The notes beneath the pieces were generated by a model that had not been told where the DNA came from, searched no databases, and was given only the letters and a program-made list of their open reading frames with translations. Made by a program: the position numbers and the translations under genes. From contig NW_027361802.1 in NCBI RefSeq assembly GCF_039654945.1, forward strand, positions 17,236,001-17,300,000: a stretch of DNA of 64,000 bases. Reading direction: 5' to 3'. Numbering within the stretch: position 1 is the first letter of the stretch; each line of letters begins with the position of its first letter. Source of the DNA: Dendrobates tinctorius (Eukaryota). This document shows, one piece after another, positions 1-12,869 of this stretch.

Positions 1-422
1 TCTTAAAGGGGCAGCCTGGGCAGCATTTCAAACCACTATTTGTACTTCCTTCAGGAAATACACATCTAGTTTTGGTATTGGAACCCTCCGTCGAAGTTGC
101 ACAGAAAAACTCCCTTTATAACGCCCACTAAAAGGGACATTGAATACGAGCCAAGAAGCTTAAATAGCAAAAAAATCCTAACATTCACACTGAATCAAAA
201 TACATTATGATGCATGGATCAAAGAGAGGGGCCACTTCCAGGACCTCAAAATATCATTTAGCCGTCTAAACCACCTCTTTCCTTCTCAAATGAGATGGGA
301 TAATATACGACCTCTATAATGAAGATTGGCTGGTTAAAGTGCCTGAAATAAGCCCAAGGGCATGATGGTAGAAGTGGAGCTCAGTGGAGGAAAGCAAAAG
401 CAGAAGTGAGCCCGACGCGTGT

Positions 423-1733
423 TGTGGTGCCCCTGTGGCTCAGTCGCCATAGAGGTACTGCACCTTCTCCTAAGGTGTAGTGCCCCACCACCTAGGTAAG
501 TTGGGAACTCCTTTCCACACTTCAACACCTGCATCCCACACACAGGATAGTTCAGCACTGACCACATTGCGGCTCATGCTTAGAGGATAGCAGAGCACCT
601 TTTGTAGTTCCTTGCTTCGTAACACGAGATGTGCTGGGAGGTGGGTGGAGTTAGATATAAAAGAGTGGGAAAGTTTAGAATTACAGATCAGTCTGGAGGT
701 CAGTCAGTCAGGAGAGTCTGAGGACGGATCCCTGGAAGAGGGATGGAGGAAGGAGTGCTGCAGCTGCCTCAGTGATCTGAGCCAGCTGGCACGGGAAAGG
801 AACAGAAGGAGAAAGACATAGAACTGCAACCTAAGCTTCCATAAGAGAGAGAAGGAACAGTGCGGAACGAAGGAGTAAGAGAACAGAGAGGAGTTGTTGG
901 TTGGAAGAGGAACCCTGCCTATAGGTTCTCAGCGCAAGGCCGGGGCCCGGTCCCTGAGGTTGTATGGACACTTATGGTTCTGCAGCAGACACCGGTGGAG
1001 TAGTTGGCTGTAAATGCACTACTCCCATCCAAGACTTGGGGCACAACAGCAACTGAATAGAGAGCCAGGACTCTGGAGAAAGGAGTCCCCAAGAGAGGCT
1101 ACAGCTGTCTGTCATACAAGTAGAGTTGTTAGGAACATCTGACAGGAGGAACTTCAGAGTACCACGGTACTGGAGCTCTTCACACTAAAAGGTGCAATAG
1201 AGGAGTCGTTCAGGAAAGGTACATGTTGGCGGAGTGTTGGAGAGGAGAAGCCTGACTTGCCCGGGAGGTTGATTGAGTCTCAGCCCCGGAGGACACGACA
1301 TGGAGGCAGGCACCAGTGTGTACCATGAACTGTGAGTAAAGCTTTGGAACTACAAGCCCTGGTGTCTTCCATTCAATTGTGCGTCAACACCGCCAGCCCT
1401 GCTACATCTGGGTACCAACATTCCTCACACCACCTGCGCCTATTCTCATCTATTGCCATTACACTGCCCTGGGGTTACAGCTTCACCTGTGGGGAGCTAT
1501 ACCATCTATGCTGCAACACACCATCAGCCCCACAGGATCTGCATGCAGCATTGGCTTAACATCTTGCTTGCCAAACACCACAGGTGGCGTCATGAACTAT
1601 TCCATTACACCATTACATTTCCACATTACTTGGGCACCCAGGGCCACGGACCGGGTCACTCCTGCTGTGACACATCCCACTGACACCGGCCCGGTACCGA
1701 GTACCCCACAGCCCTGCGATGGAGGGTGACCCA
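423..1733 (+). mobile_element. Solo LTR (Gypsy/ERV-like), inserted into a decayed PLE pseudo-LTR
   Basis: TG...CA ends; 5-bp TSD CGTGT at 418-422 and 1734-1738; TATA-like GATATAAAA ~653; AGTAAA ~1335; no coding capacity. Confidence 0.65.
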
Positions 1734-1848
1734 CGTGTCACCAGAAAAACTGGCTTTCTCAGGTGCAGCTCTGAATCACATATTTCAAAGATTTACACAG
1801 AATCCCTATGGTAAGAGCTCAGCGCAGAGCGCAGGATAAATGTGCACC

Positions 1849-2750
1849 GAAAACAGAGAAGGATAATGCCAGTGCACCATTGAAGTTTGCAGGAGTCCAA
1901 CGTGCACAAAATCACAAGCTGATCACTCATGTGTAGCAATTGCAGGAAAAGGAAGAAATGTTCCAGCTTCTGGAAAAATTTTCAGAGTAATCTTTAAAGC
2001 AAAGGAAATACAAAAAAAGAAAAGAATGAATGTTAAAATCCAAACAGATATAATAAACGAAGAAGGAAAGAGAAAATAAAAAATAAATAGGATAATGTGA
2101 AAACATAAGAAAAGGTCAAAAATGATAAGCTATTTCATTTCTCTGATTCAATCCCAAAGGGGAACGAATACCCAAATTAAAAATCCAGAACTCCTAACCT
2201 CACCATTAGTCGTCTTCGCATATCACCACTTAGAGTCAATCTAATACATTTTTCAAAGCCAAAAACCTTAAGGGATGAGAGATTGCCTCTATGTATGTTA
2301 AGAAAGTGTTTGTATGCAGAGGATATATACCTAATATTATTACCAGTAATATCATTAATATGTTCGTTAATACGAATTTTTAGTTTGCGAGATGCACATC
2401 CTATGGGCTGTACTGAGTCGAAAAAACTGGTTTGTTTGAATGTGTGATGATATTGTGACTGGGTTCCTTGGGAACAAGCAATGAAGATCTGTATTTTTAT
2501 CACAAATGGATTGTGCTCTTTTTAATACCCAGGTGGGATATCCCCGTTTAGCAAGTCTGTAATTTAATTGACTGCTTTGAAAACTGCAGTAAATGGGGTT
2601 ATTACAATTTATTTTGATACGAATGTGTTCATCAGTGGGATCTGCTTTAGATACACGTTTGGGATCACTACGCCTGTATTGTACGATGGTATTGCCTGAA
2701 AGTGGTTTTTTAAAAATCGAGGAGACAACAAATTCATCCACCATTATAAA
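1849..2750 (-). mobile_element. Inverted 5' arm of Penelope-like element PLE-1 (pLTR piece plus deleted RT-thumb/GIY-YIG piece)
   Basis: 1849-1995 is the reverse complement of ~2980-3127; ORF pieces 2177-2503 and 2367-2756 (RGYPTWVLKRA, IGCASRKLKIRINEH) match the plus-strand copy at ~6050-6760 and ~10533-10800. Confidence 0.8.
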
Positions 2751-3180
2751 ATTCATTCTTTTTTTTTGTATTTCCTTTCCATTTTATGTTTTTTTGTCTT
2801 TCACAGTGTGTTAGCGCTAATTAGGTAATTATGTCTCATGTGTGTTGCTTAATTGCACCTGTGCATTTAAGATTGGTGTTTGGTCACTTTCAAGTAAGCT
2901 TGATAAAAAACAACCGTGTTCGCAACACGTCGTTTGCTCCTGTTCCTGTCCACTATTTTTTTACTTGTTTTTGATGGAATAAAGATTACTCTGAAAATTT
3001 TACAAGAAGCTGGAACATTTCTTCCTTTTTCTGCAATTGCTACACATGAGTGGTTGGCTTGTGGTTCCGTGCACGCTGGACTCCTACAACTTCAACAGTG
3101 AGCTGGCATTATCCTTCTCTGTTTTCTACATTGAAACCAACTTGTGCCGTGCACACTGTAATTTGAATTTGGATTTTCAA

Positions 3181-6100
3181 ATGACTAATGGAACTCCAAC
3201 TAGTAGAGAGGAAAGAGCAGCAAACATGTTTGATAATGATTATGACACCTCTGTGCCTAACACCTCTTTAATGGACAATAAGTGTATTTTGGAGAAAATA
3301 ATGCTCAATGAAACTAAAATCTGGTGGGATCTAACCACTCTACATAAATATATCTCTAAAGATATGATACCTAGAGGGCTTAGAATCAAGACAATCCCAA
3401 CCACACACTATGATGAGGAATTTACCTCTCTGTGGAACCAGATTCTTTCCACCTGCTCCTTAAATCTTATGCGGCTTATAACCTAATATGAGGAAACAAA
3501 GTTGTCTGACTTGCAAAGAGACATAGAAATGACAAAAAAGACTCTGCAAAATTCTTTTTCTGCTGTCGAATTTGAAGATACATATAAAAATATACAAAAA
3601 ACCATCTCAAAACTCGAGGATAATATCATTGAAATGAAAAAAAAACACAAATTCCACAGAGATATTATTGATTATTGTTTGTGATGTGTATACATTTGGC
3701 ACAAGTAGGCTTCCTTTTTTTCCACACCTAAATCCATCCTGAAAAAAAGGAGGTATCAACATAACAGACCATCTAATCAACATGTCAGCTTTAGCTCTTC
3801 TGATCAAGATCATTCGGACTGCATTTCTAATGACAGACTCAGAAATTTTTTACAAGGGCACACGCCCGTTTAAACAATTTGTTAATTCCAAAGACAGGAA
3901 GAATGTTTTTTAAGAAATCCACGAGACGGGGCGAAAGGAAAAATAGGAGAACCTCAAGGTATCATTACCTGCCTATAGAGGAATCTTCAAGTCCAGAACA
4001 CAATGTATTGAATTTATTCACATCAGAGCAAATGACATTATTTTCTTATGTTCTTAGCTTTATCCCTGACCAAAATTTAAATTTATTTTCAACAATTTCT
4101 GATGTTAATCGTTTTGTATGTACTTTGACAATCAAACAACATTTTTGGTCTCATGTTTCAAATGATGATTTGCCTGAAAATGTTGCTACTTAATTTTAAA
4201 GAACAAATGTCTATTTTGTGTTTGGAAGATTTGAGTGAAAACATGTACATCATCAGGATATTCTTTCAGCACCTGCATTCATTACTAAAAATCTTTTTTT
4301 TTTTACCCATTTCAGTCCTGTGCAAGTTGCATGGATAGATTTCAGGACACAGTGGAGAGGGAATTAAAAAGTCTTTATGATGTAACCCGTAGCAACAATT
4401 CGGGACACAACCTCTCCCTGTCCTCGAAATCTGCGCTGTCTGAATTGTCTCTTATGGAAGATATTATATTTAAAATGTCTGACAAGGGGGTGTCGTGGTT
4501 ATAATGGGCAAAGTCCTTTATGCAACTCAAATCAACAGTATGTTGGAAGATTGTTCCACTTATTACAAATTGCTATCAGATCCCACTTCCAATTAATCTC
4601 AGCATACTGTGGTTTTGATCAATGAAGGGTTTGCTTTGGGGATTTTTACGAAACAACAGACCAATTACCTTATTGTAAAACATCCAGTCACCCACCATCT
4701 TACATGCATTGCCCAAAGTACATAAGGGAACCAATCAACCACCCATGCAACCCATTATAAATGGAATTGGTTCTGCAAATGAAATTTTGGGCTATTGGCT
4801 TGATTCTCTTTTACAGCTGTGACGTAGCGATCACTAAGCAGGTTGGGGTACACTCACTTGGCAGCAATATTTGAACATTAACATTTTCTACATTTATATA
4901 AGTCCATTTCTGGTTTATATACAACCATAAATCATCGTAGGCCATGTAAACATCACATAAATGACATACAGCCCATTCTCTTTAGTAGATACATCTGCTC
5001 ACTTGGCAGAAACGTATTTGACCTGTTAAACCATTTCAATTGCAGTTATGTCAGCACAGGTCAATAACTGACACCCATCAGTGCAAACAATTCCCCATGC
5101 TTTGGGTTACCCGCTTAACAGCTTTGCAGGCTTCACAGAGTGGCTTTATCTTGATCCTGTCACTAGTCCAGACCCTCATTAGCTCCCTGGACTTTCAGGG
5201 CTTCAGTCAGCTCCAGACTCACACATGGCCTTTCCCCCCCCAACATGTGATGCAACCAGGAAAAACATAGAAACCTTTCTGACATCACAGGAACACACCC
5301 CCTGGGAGGTATGTGGTTAACCAGCCCCACCCATCACTTTTTGGTTAACCCTTAAATCCATACCTAATCAAATATGCAGGTTTGTGGGACCACAAGATCC
5401 AGAAAATTATTCTGGATTTTAGATCGCAGCAGACCTCTGTTTGTGCGATACATACCTGTCTCTCACGATACAACTAGTTGGTACATCACACAGCCTTTAG
5501 CCCATCGTTCTCCTGGATATATTGAAAACTCCAATGATATTTTGGAAATATTTTCTAAAATGAAGTGGTCATCAAAATTCTGTTGAATAACATGTGATGT
5601 AGTTTGTCTTTATACTTCCATTCCACCACACATAGCATTCAAAGCACTGACTTTTCATCTCCATAAATACAGTAACTATGATCCAACCCTTCAAAATTAT
5701 ATAATTCAAGTCACTTCATTTCGTCTCATAACTACCTTTTATTTGATGGCTCGTACTATTTACAACATCGACTAGTGTCGATGGGGGTGAAATTCTCCCC
5801 TTCATTATCAAATCTGGTGATGTCTTATATGGAGGAAATGTTTTTGTACTCTCCTGGTAATCCATATTTGGAGTCCATTGAGTGGTATGGCAGATATATT
5901 GATGATACACTCCTTATTTGGGGTGGCAATGTGTCTGCCATACCAATCTTTGGCAAATACATAAATTCATATGAATTTATCCTTCAATTTACTATCAACC
6001 AAGATCCTTCCAGGATCACATTCCTAAACTTGGAGTTCACGGCTGTGATAGATGAATTTGTTGTCTCCTCTATTTTTAGAAAACCTCTTTTAGGCAAAGC

Positions 6101-6775
6101 CATCATGCACTATAGGAGTAGTCATCATAAACATGTAGCTAAAGCGGTTCCCATTGGTGAACACAATGGTATAAAAAAGGGATGACTCCATTGACTGCAG
6201 TTTTCAAAGCAGGCAGTTAAATTGCAGACTTGCTAAACAGGGTTATCCCTCTGGGTATTAAAAAGAGCACAATCCATTTGTGATAAAACATATCTTCATT
6301 ACTTGTTCCCAATCACATTCTATCACACATTCAAACAAACCAGTTTTTGCTACTTAGTACAGCCCACAATTTTCTAGCATTAAACAGATTGCACTAATAC
6401 ACTTACCTTTACTCTTTGTGGATGACATTCACAAACGTTCTGCAGTTGACGTTCTGTAGTTGCCAAAAAAGCACTTTCACTGACAAATCGACTTTCTCCC
6501 AGCTTTTTTTCAAGATACAAATCTGCAGGTACCTGGCTTAATTTTAGAGGCTTTTTCTGTTGTGGAGCCTGGCGCTGCAGAACCTGCAGCTTTGCGCGCC
6601 AGTATTCTTCCTTTTCTAATTCTGACAACAGCCAGAGTTTTAGCAATAAGCAAATCATTAATTGTAACACTGATCACATTGTTTATGCCATTGAATGTAC
6701 AGCCTGTAATAAGCTGTACATTGGATGTACATTTCGCAAGCTAAAAGTTCATATTAACGAACATGATAATGATAT
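3181..6775 (+). pseudogene. PLE-1 upstream ORF and RT/GIY-YIG ORF, multiply frameshifted
   Basis: ORF fragments 3037-3486, 3502-3684, 3879-4193 and 5775-6185 carry PLE motifs separated by stops and frameshifts. Confidence 0.8.
4818..5490. mobile_element. Solo LTR, 673 bp
   Basis: Ends TGTGACGTAGC...GGTACATCACA; 4-bp TSD CAGC (4814-4817, 5491-5494); splits the PLE RT (LLQ|PLAHRSP). Confidence 0.75.
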
Positions 6776-8890
6776 TCTCCTCCTCCTGGACCTGTTTTTT
6801 GCCTTTGAGACAGTGGACCATTCCCTATTACTACAGACCCTCTCTTGTCATAGCATCACTGACTTATCCTATCTTGGGTCTTGTCATACCTAACAGACTG
6901 GACATTCAGCATCTCCCACTCGCACACCACCTCCTCACCTCGCCCCATATCTGTTGAGTCCCACAAGATTCAGTCTTAGGGTCCCTGCTCTTCTCCATTT
7001 GTACCTTCTGCCTCGGACAGCTCATAGAATCTCATGGCTTTCAGTATCAACTCTGTGCTGATGACACACAGCTCTACCTCTCTGGACCAGATCTCACCTC
7101 CCTACTAACCAGAATCCCACAATGTCTGTTTGCTATTTCATCTTTCTTATCAGCTAGATTTCTAAAACTTAATACGGACAAAACAGAATTCATCATCTTT
7201 CCCCCATCTTACTCAACCTCCCCAATGGACCTATCCATTAAAGTAAATGGTTGCTCACTCTCCCCAGTCCCACAAGCTTGCTGCCTCGGGGTAATGCTTG
7301 ACACTGATCTCTCCTTCAAACTGTAGGGAAGGTGACCTGATGGACGGACGGCCTAGTCAGAGTGAAGAAGGAAAGGTTTGCACAGTGTAGGTAGGTGTCA
7401 GTTATTACAGTGGGGAAACAGCTAGGAAAGTGTAGTGGCCGTGCAGTACCTTGGGTTGACCATTAGATGGCAGGCAGGAGTGTGAGCAAAGGACTTGACA
7501 ACAGCTTAGGGCTTTAGAAACCGTTGGTCATGGGGGGCGGGGTTACAGTGACAGGGGACCGGGAGAGCTATAAATACTGAGGGAGGGTTCCAGAAGGTTC
7601 CAGTCCCCAGGGGGAGCTCCAGTGACAGGAGGACTGCAACAGTCTGTGCGTTGTGAGGAGAATCCAGACCAGGGGGACTGAGGAGAGAGAGCGTCAGGGG
7701 GGTGGTCCTGACAGGAAAGTACCGCAAAAAGGACGAGACAGAGGCGAAACATACCATGTGGAAGAAGACGTCTGACCAGTAAAATTACTGTTGGTGTACG
7801 GGCCTAAGGCGGCCACAGTGACGGACCTGTCAGCAGCGTCATCAAGTGAAGTAGGGACGGTATGTGCATGTATGTCCCTGGTGCTAAGGTACGGTGTGTA
7901 AAGCGGGCCTAGAAACGGAGGCCCATGAAAGTGAAGTGAATTGAAGTGAAGTGTGGTGTACTTCAGAGGCCGTCAGGCGGACAGCAAGCGAATAAACCTG
8001 GACCTGTTGTACCCGACATCTGCCTCCAATTATCTCTGTACGTCTCTGCGCGGTATAATGAGGGATCACCCCCCTAGTCCGGCCCACCGACCCTACAAAA
8101 CCACATATCCAAGCCCTTTCCACTTCAACTCAAAAATATTTCTCGGACTCGTACATTCCTCAACCAAGAATCTGCAAAAACTCTAGTTCATGCCTTCATC
8201 ATCCCCTGCCTTGACTACTGCAACCTCCTGCTCTGTAGTCTCCTCGCTAACACTCTTGCACTCCTTCAATCTATTCTAAACTCTGCTGCCTGACTATTCC
8301 ACCTGTCCGCCAGCTATTCCCCAACCTCCCCCCTTTGTCAATCCCTGCACTGACTCTCTATTACCCAAAAACTTCAGTTCAGAACTCTGACTATGGCATA
8401 CAAAGCCATACACAACCTGTGTCCTCCATACATCTGTGACCTCATCTCCCGGTACTTACCTGCGCACAACATCTGATCTTCACAAGATTTCCTTCTCTAC
8501 TCCACTCTTATCTTCCCACAATCGCATACAAGATTTCTCCCATGCTTCCAAGCTACTCTGGAACTCTCTACCACAACATATCAGACTCTCGCCTACCAAG
8601 GAAACCTTCAAAAAGAGCCTGAAGACCTACCTCTTCCGACAAATCTACAACCTGCAGTAACCACCGATCCACCAAAACACTGCATGACCAGCTCTACCCT
8701 CACCTACTGTATCCTCACCCATCCCTCATAGTTTGTGAGCCCTCGCAGGCAGGGTCGTCTCACCTACTGCATCAGTCATGACTTGTATTGCTTAAGATTA
8801 CTGTACTGTACTTGTTTTTTTTATGTATACCCCTCCTCACATATAAAGCACCATGGAAAAAATGGCGGTATAACAATAAATAATAATAAA
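6776..8890 (+). mobile_element. 5'-truncated L2 LINE (decayed RT and 3' end)
   Basis: RT remnants (LLLDL...TVDH; CADDTQLY ~7053); C-terminal LWNSLPQHIRLSP...FKKSLKTYLF; (TAA)-rich tail ~8872-8895. Confidence 0.8.
7322..8097 (+). mobile_element. Solo LTR, 776 bp, nested in L2
   Basis: Ends TGTAGGG...CCCTACA; 4-bp TSD AAAC (7318-7321, 8098-8101); TATAAATA ~7569; AATAAA ~7991. Confidence 0.8.
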
Positions 8891-8925
8891 AATAATATTA
8901 CTAGTAATAATCATAATAATAGGTA

Positions 8926-10530
8926 CAGTGGGGCAAAAAAGTATTTAGTCAGTCAGCAATAGTGCAAGTTCCACCACTTAAAAAGATGAGAGGCGTCTGT
9001 AATTTACATCATAGGTAGACCTCAACTATGGGAGACAAACTGAGAAAAAAAAATCCAGAAAATCACATTGTCTGTTTTTTTTTCATTTTATTTGCATATT
9101 ATGGTGGAAAATAAGTATTTGGTCAGAAACAAGCAATCAAGATTTCTGGCTCTCACAGACCTGTAACTTCTTCTTTAAGAGTCTCCTCTTTCCTCCACTC
9201 ATTACCTGTAGTAATGGCACCTGTTTAAACTTGTTATCACTATAAAAAGACACCTGTGCACACCCTCAAACAGTCTGACTCCAAACTCCACTATGGTGAA
9301 GACCAAAGAGCTGTCAAAGGACACCAGAAACAAAATTGTAGCCCTGCACCAGGCTGGGAAGACTGAATCTGCAATAGCCAACCAGCTTGGAGTGAAGAAA
9401 TCAACTGTGGGAGCAATAATTAGAAAATGGAAGACATACAAGACCACTGATAATCTCCCTCGATCTGGTGCTCCACGCAAAATCCCACCCCGTGGGGTCA
9501 GAATGATCACAAGAACGGTGAGCAAAAATCCCAGAACCACGCGGGGGGACCTAGTGAATGAACTGCAGAGAGCTGGGACCAATGTAACAAGGCCTACCAT
9601 AAGTAACACACTACGCCACCATGGACTCAGATCCTGCAGTGCCAGACGTGTCCCACTGCTTAAGCCTGTACATGTCCGGGCCCGTCTGAAGTTTGCTAGA
9701 GAGCATTTGGATGATCCAGAGGAGTTTTGGGAGAATGTCCTATGGTCTGATGAAACCAAACTGGAACTGTTTGGTAGAAACACAACTTGTCGTGTTTGGA
9801 GGAAAAAGAATACTGAGTTGCATCCATCAAACACCATACCTACTGTAAAGCATGGTGGTGGAAACATCATGCTTTGGGGCTGTTTCTCTGCAAAGGGGCC
9901 AGGACGACTGATCCGGGTACATGAAAGAATGAATGGGGCCATGTATCGTGAGATTTTGAGTGCAAACCTCCTTCCATCAGCAAGGGCATTGAAGATGAAA
10001 CGTGGCTGGGTCTTTCAACATGACAATGATCCAAAGCACACCGCCAGGGCAACGAAGGAGTGGCTTCGTAAGAAGCATTTCAAGGTCCTGGAGTGGCCTA
10101 GCCAGTCTCCAGATCTCAACCCCATAGAAAACCTTTGGAGGGAGTTGAAAGTCCGTGTTGCCAAGCGAAAAGCCAAAAACATCACTGCTCTAGAGGAGAT
10201 CTGCATGGAGGAATGGGCCAACATACCAACAACAGTGTGTGGCAACCTTGTGAAGACTTACAGAAAACGTTTGACCTCTGTCATTGCCAACAAAGGATAT
10301 ATCACAAAGTATTGAGATGAAATTTTGTTTCTGACCAAATACTTATTTTCCACCATAATATGCAAATAAAATGGAAAAAAAACAGACAATGTGATTTTCT
10401 GGATTTTTTTTTCTCAGTTTGTCTCCCATAGTTGAGGTCTACCTATGATGTAAATTACAGACGCCTCTCATCTTTTTAAGTGGTGGAACTTGCACTATTG
10501 CTGACTGACTAAATACTTTTTTGCCCCACG
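8926..10530 (+). mobile_element. Tc1-family DNA transposon with ~210-bp inverted repeats (copy A)
   Basis: TA TSD (8924-8925, 10531-10532); long TIR beginning CAGTGGGGCAAAAAAGTATTTAG; right tip reads CCCCACG rather than CCCCACTG. Confidence 0.97.
9293..10315 (+). CDS. Tc1 transposase, intact DD34E, 340 aa
   Basis: Paired-like HTH; GAPRK linker; [14 protein letters not shown] and [11 protein letters not shown], with 34 residues between the second D and the E. Confidence 0.95.
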   Translation: MVKTKELSKDTRNKIVALHQAGKTESAIANQLGVKKSTVGAIIRKWKTYKTTDNLPRSGAPRKIPPRGVRMITRTVSKNPRTTRGDLVNELQRAGTNVTRPTISNTLRHHGLRSCSARRVPLLKPVHVRARLKFAREHLDDPEEFWENVLWSDETKLELFGRNTTCRVWRKKNTELHPSNTIPTVKHGGGNIMLWGCFSAKGPGRLIRVHERMNGAMYREILSANLLPSARALKMKRGWVFQHDNDPKHTARATKEWLRKKHFKVLEWPSQSPDLNPIENLWRELKVRVAKRKAKNITALEEICMEEWANIPTTVCGNLVKTYRKRLTSVIANKGYITKY

Positions 10531-12019
10531 TATATATCCTCTGCATCCAAACACTTTATTGACATACATAGAGGCAATCTCTCATTCCTCAAGGTTTTTT
10601 GTTTTGAAAAAATTATTAGATCGGCTCGAGGTGGTGATATGCGGAGACACTCTGGATTTTTAATTTGGGTACTCATTCCCCATTGGGGTTGAACCTGAGA
10701 AATGAAATAGCTTATCATTATAGAGACCTTAAATATTTTATTAAGTTTTCACATTATCCTATTTATTTTTTATTTATCTGTTTTCGTTTATTATATCAAT
10801 TTGGATATTAACCCCTTAGTGACAAAGCCAAATTTTAAAAATCTGACCAGTGTCACTTTATGTGGTAATAACTCTGGAACGCTTTGACAAAATGCATTTG
10901 ATTTGGAGATTGTTTTTTCGTGACACATTATACTTTATGGTCATTGTAAATTTAGGTTCACAAGTTTTGTGTTTATTTATAAAAATATCAGAAATTTGAC
11001 AAAAATGTAAAAAAATTAGCAATTTTCAAACTTTGAAAGATTATCCCTTTAATTCAGATAGTCATACCATAGCAAAACTTTAATAAATAATATTTCCCAC
11101 ATGTCTGCTCTACATCAGCACCATTTGAAAAATGTTATTTTATTTTGTTAGCATTTTAGGAGGTTGAAACTTGTAGCAGTAATTTTTCATTTTTTCATGG
11201 AAATTTACAAAATAATTTTTTTTAGGGACCTCTCCAGGTTTGAAGTGACTTTGGGGGTCGTATATAATGGAAAAATCCCAAAAATGATAGCATTCTAAAA
11301 ACAGCACCCCTTGACTTATTGAAAACTACTGCCAGGTAGTTTATTAACCCTTCCGGTGCTTTTCAGGAATTAATACAAAATGTCATGATAGGAATGAAAA
11401 AGTTGATTTTTACCACCTAAATGTTGCTGACTTTTGAACAGGTCAGTGTAGCCTGCAGACTCTAAGGATGCTATTTACTCATGAATTGCCATGGCAAACA
11501 TCAGGACCACACAATCATGATCTCAGAGTGCCAAATAGGATAAAGAGGGAGAAGCCACACTCTTTAAAACATTTATTTGATAAAGTCACTATTGACAGCA
11601 GCACTTAAGGGGTTAAACAGATATGGACGGTGACAACACTGATCGTGGCTGATGCAGCTAGTTGTCAGCTATAGTGCACAGCTGACAGAAGCTGGATGGT
11701 CACCTGTAGGAGGATGATATTCTCTTATGTCTCAGGTCGGTTAAAAGACGTAGAAAAATGAGGATGAATAAACTCATGGAGATCAACATCCAACACTGCG
11801 GAGACACCATCACATGTTTCTCAACGCGGTGATTCTAGAGCAATGCCCCCATCCCTTATGGGAAATATGTAAAAACACGCAAAACACAAGCCGCGGAGAC
11901 ACCATTACATGTTTCTCAACGCAAGCAATGACAAGCCAGGTCTTTCCCCGGGAAGGAACAACCACGGGAAGGGCAGTCTCCAATGAAGGAAACCACCTAT
12001 GCCAAAACATGGTATCATC

Positions 12020-12058
12020 CACAGACAGCTGTTTCGGGGTATTGCCCCTCATCAGTGA
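12020..12058 (-). ncRNA. Type I minimal hammerhead ribozyme (intact core)
   Basis: Minus strand reads CA-CTGATGA-GGGG-CAATA-CCCC-GAAA-CAGCT-GTC-TG: canonical core, 4-bp helix II, palindromic ACAGCTGT helix III, GUC cleavage triplet. Confidence 0.9.
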
Positions 12059-12458
12059 GGAGTAGGAAACTGGCCAGTAGGAGCAATGCCTAGTAGAAGA
12101 CTGTGAAAAAGGATGAATGAACTCATGGAGATCAACATCCAACACTGCAGAGACACCATCACATGTTACTCAACACAGTGATCTAGAGCAATGCCCCCAT
12201 CCCTCATAGGAAATGTGAAAAACATGCAAAACACAAGCCGCGGAGACACCATCACAAGTTTCTCAACGCAAGCAATTGTGTTTTGCATGTTTTCACATAT
12301 TTCCCATAAGGGATGGGGGCATTGCTCTAGAATCACTGCGTTGAGAAACATGTGATGGTGTCTCCGCAGTGTTGGATGTTGATCTCCATGAGTTCATTCA
12401 TCCTCATTTTTCACAGTCTTCTACTAGGCATTGCTCCTACTGGCCAGTTTCCTACTCG

Positions 12459-12497
12459 ACACTGATGAGGAGCAATAACCCGAAACAGCTGTCTGTG
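12459..12497 (+). ncRNA. Type I minimal hammerhead ribozyme (helix II damaged)
   Basis: CTGATGA-GGAGCAATAACCC-GAAACAGCTGTC; core intact, helix II mismatched relative to the 12020 copy. Confidence 0.8.
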
Positions 12498-12829
12498 GAT
12501 GGATACCATGTTTTGGCATAGGTGGTTTCCTTCATTGGAGACTGCCCTTCCCGTGGTTGTTCCCAGGGAAAAACCTGGCTAGTCATTGCTTGCGTTGAGA
12601 AACATGTTATGGTGTCTCCGCGGCTTGTGTTTTGCAAGTTAAAAGACGTATTGACGGTCATTAAGGTGTTAACATTCATTCTTTTCTTTTTTGTATTGCT
12701 TTTCCTTCCCTCATTTTATATATTTTTTTTTCCTTCACAGTGTGTTAGCTCTAATTTGGTAATTATGTCTCATGTGTGTTGTTTAATTGCACCTTTGTGT
12801 TTAATATTGGTGTTTGGTCACTTTCAAGT

Positions 12830-12869
12830 AAGCATGATAAAGAACAACAGTGTTCGAAACGCGTCGCTT
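12830..12869 (+). ncRNA. Hammerhead-like motif in the PLE-1 pLTR (a more degenerate paralog lies at 2896-2935)
   Basis: AAGC-(A/T)TGATAAA-GAACA-ACAG-TGTTC-GAAACGCGTC-GCTT; helix I AAGC/GCTT; palindromic ACGCGT. Confidence 0.65.

Larger units (their letters stand above)
11753..12637. mobile_element. Retrozyme: ~349-bp tandem unit, divergent inverted arms, hammerhead-bearing
   Basis: 13-bp TSD GTTAAAAGACGTA (11740-11752, 12638-12650); unit repeats at 11761 and 12110; inversion point ~12275; non-coding. Confidence 0.9.
10812..12668. mobile_element. Non-autonomous piggyBac-like (TTAA) element
   Basis: TTAA at 10808-10811 and 12669-12672; TIRs CCCCTTAGTGAC / GTCATTAAGGTG; flanks rejoin to PLE sequence. 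Confidence 0.75.

Noticed and set aside
9202-9942. 246-aa antisense ORF (also at 38752-39492)
   Set aside because: Shadow frame of the Tc1 transposase; no independent motifs.
11810-12679. Short repeated ORFs in the retrozyme (and at 14766-15393)
   Set aside because: Products of tandem and inverted repetition; frames are not preserved between copies.
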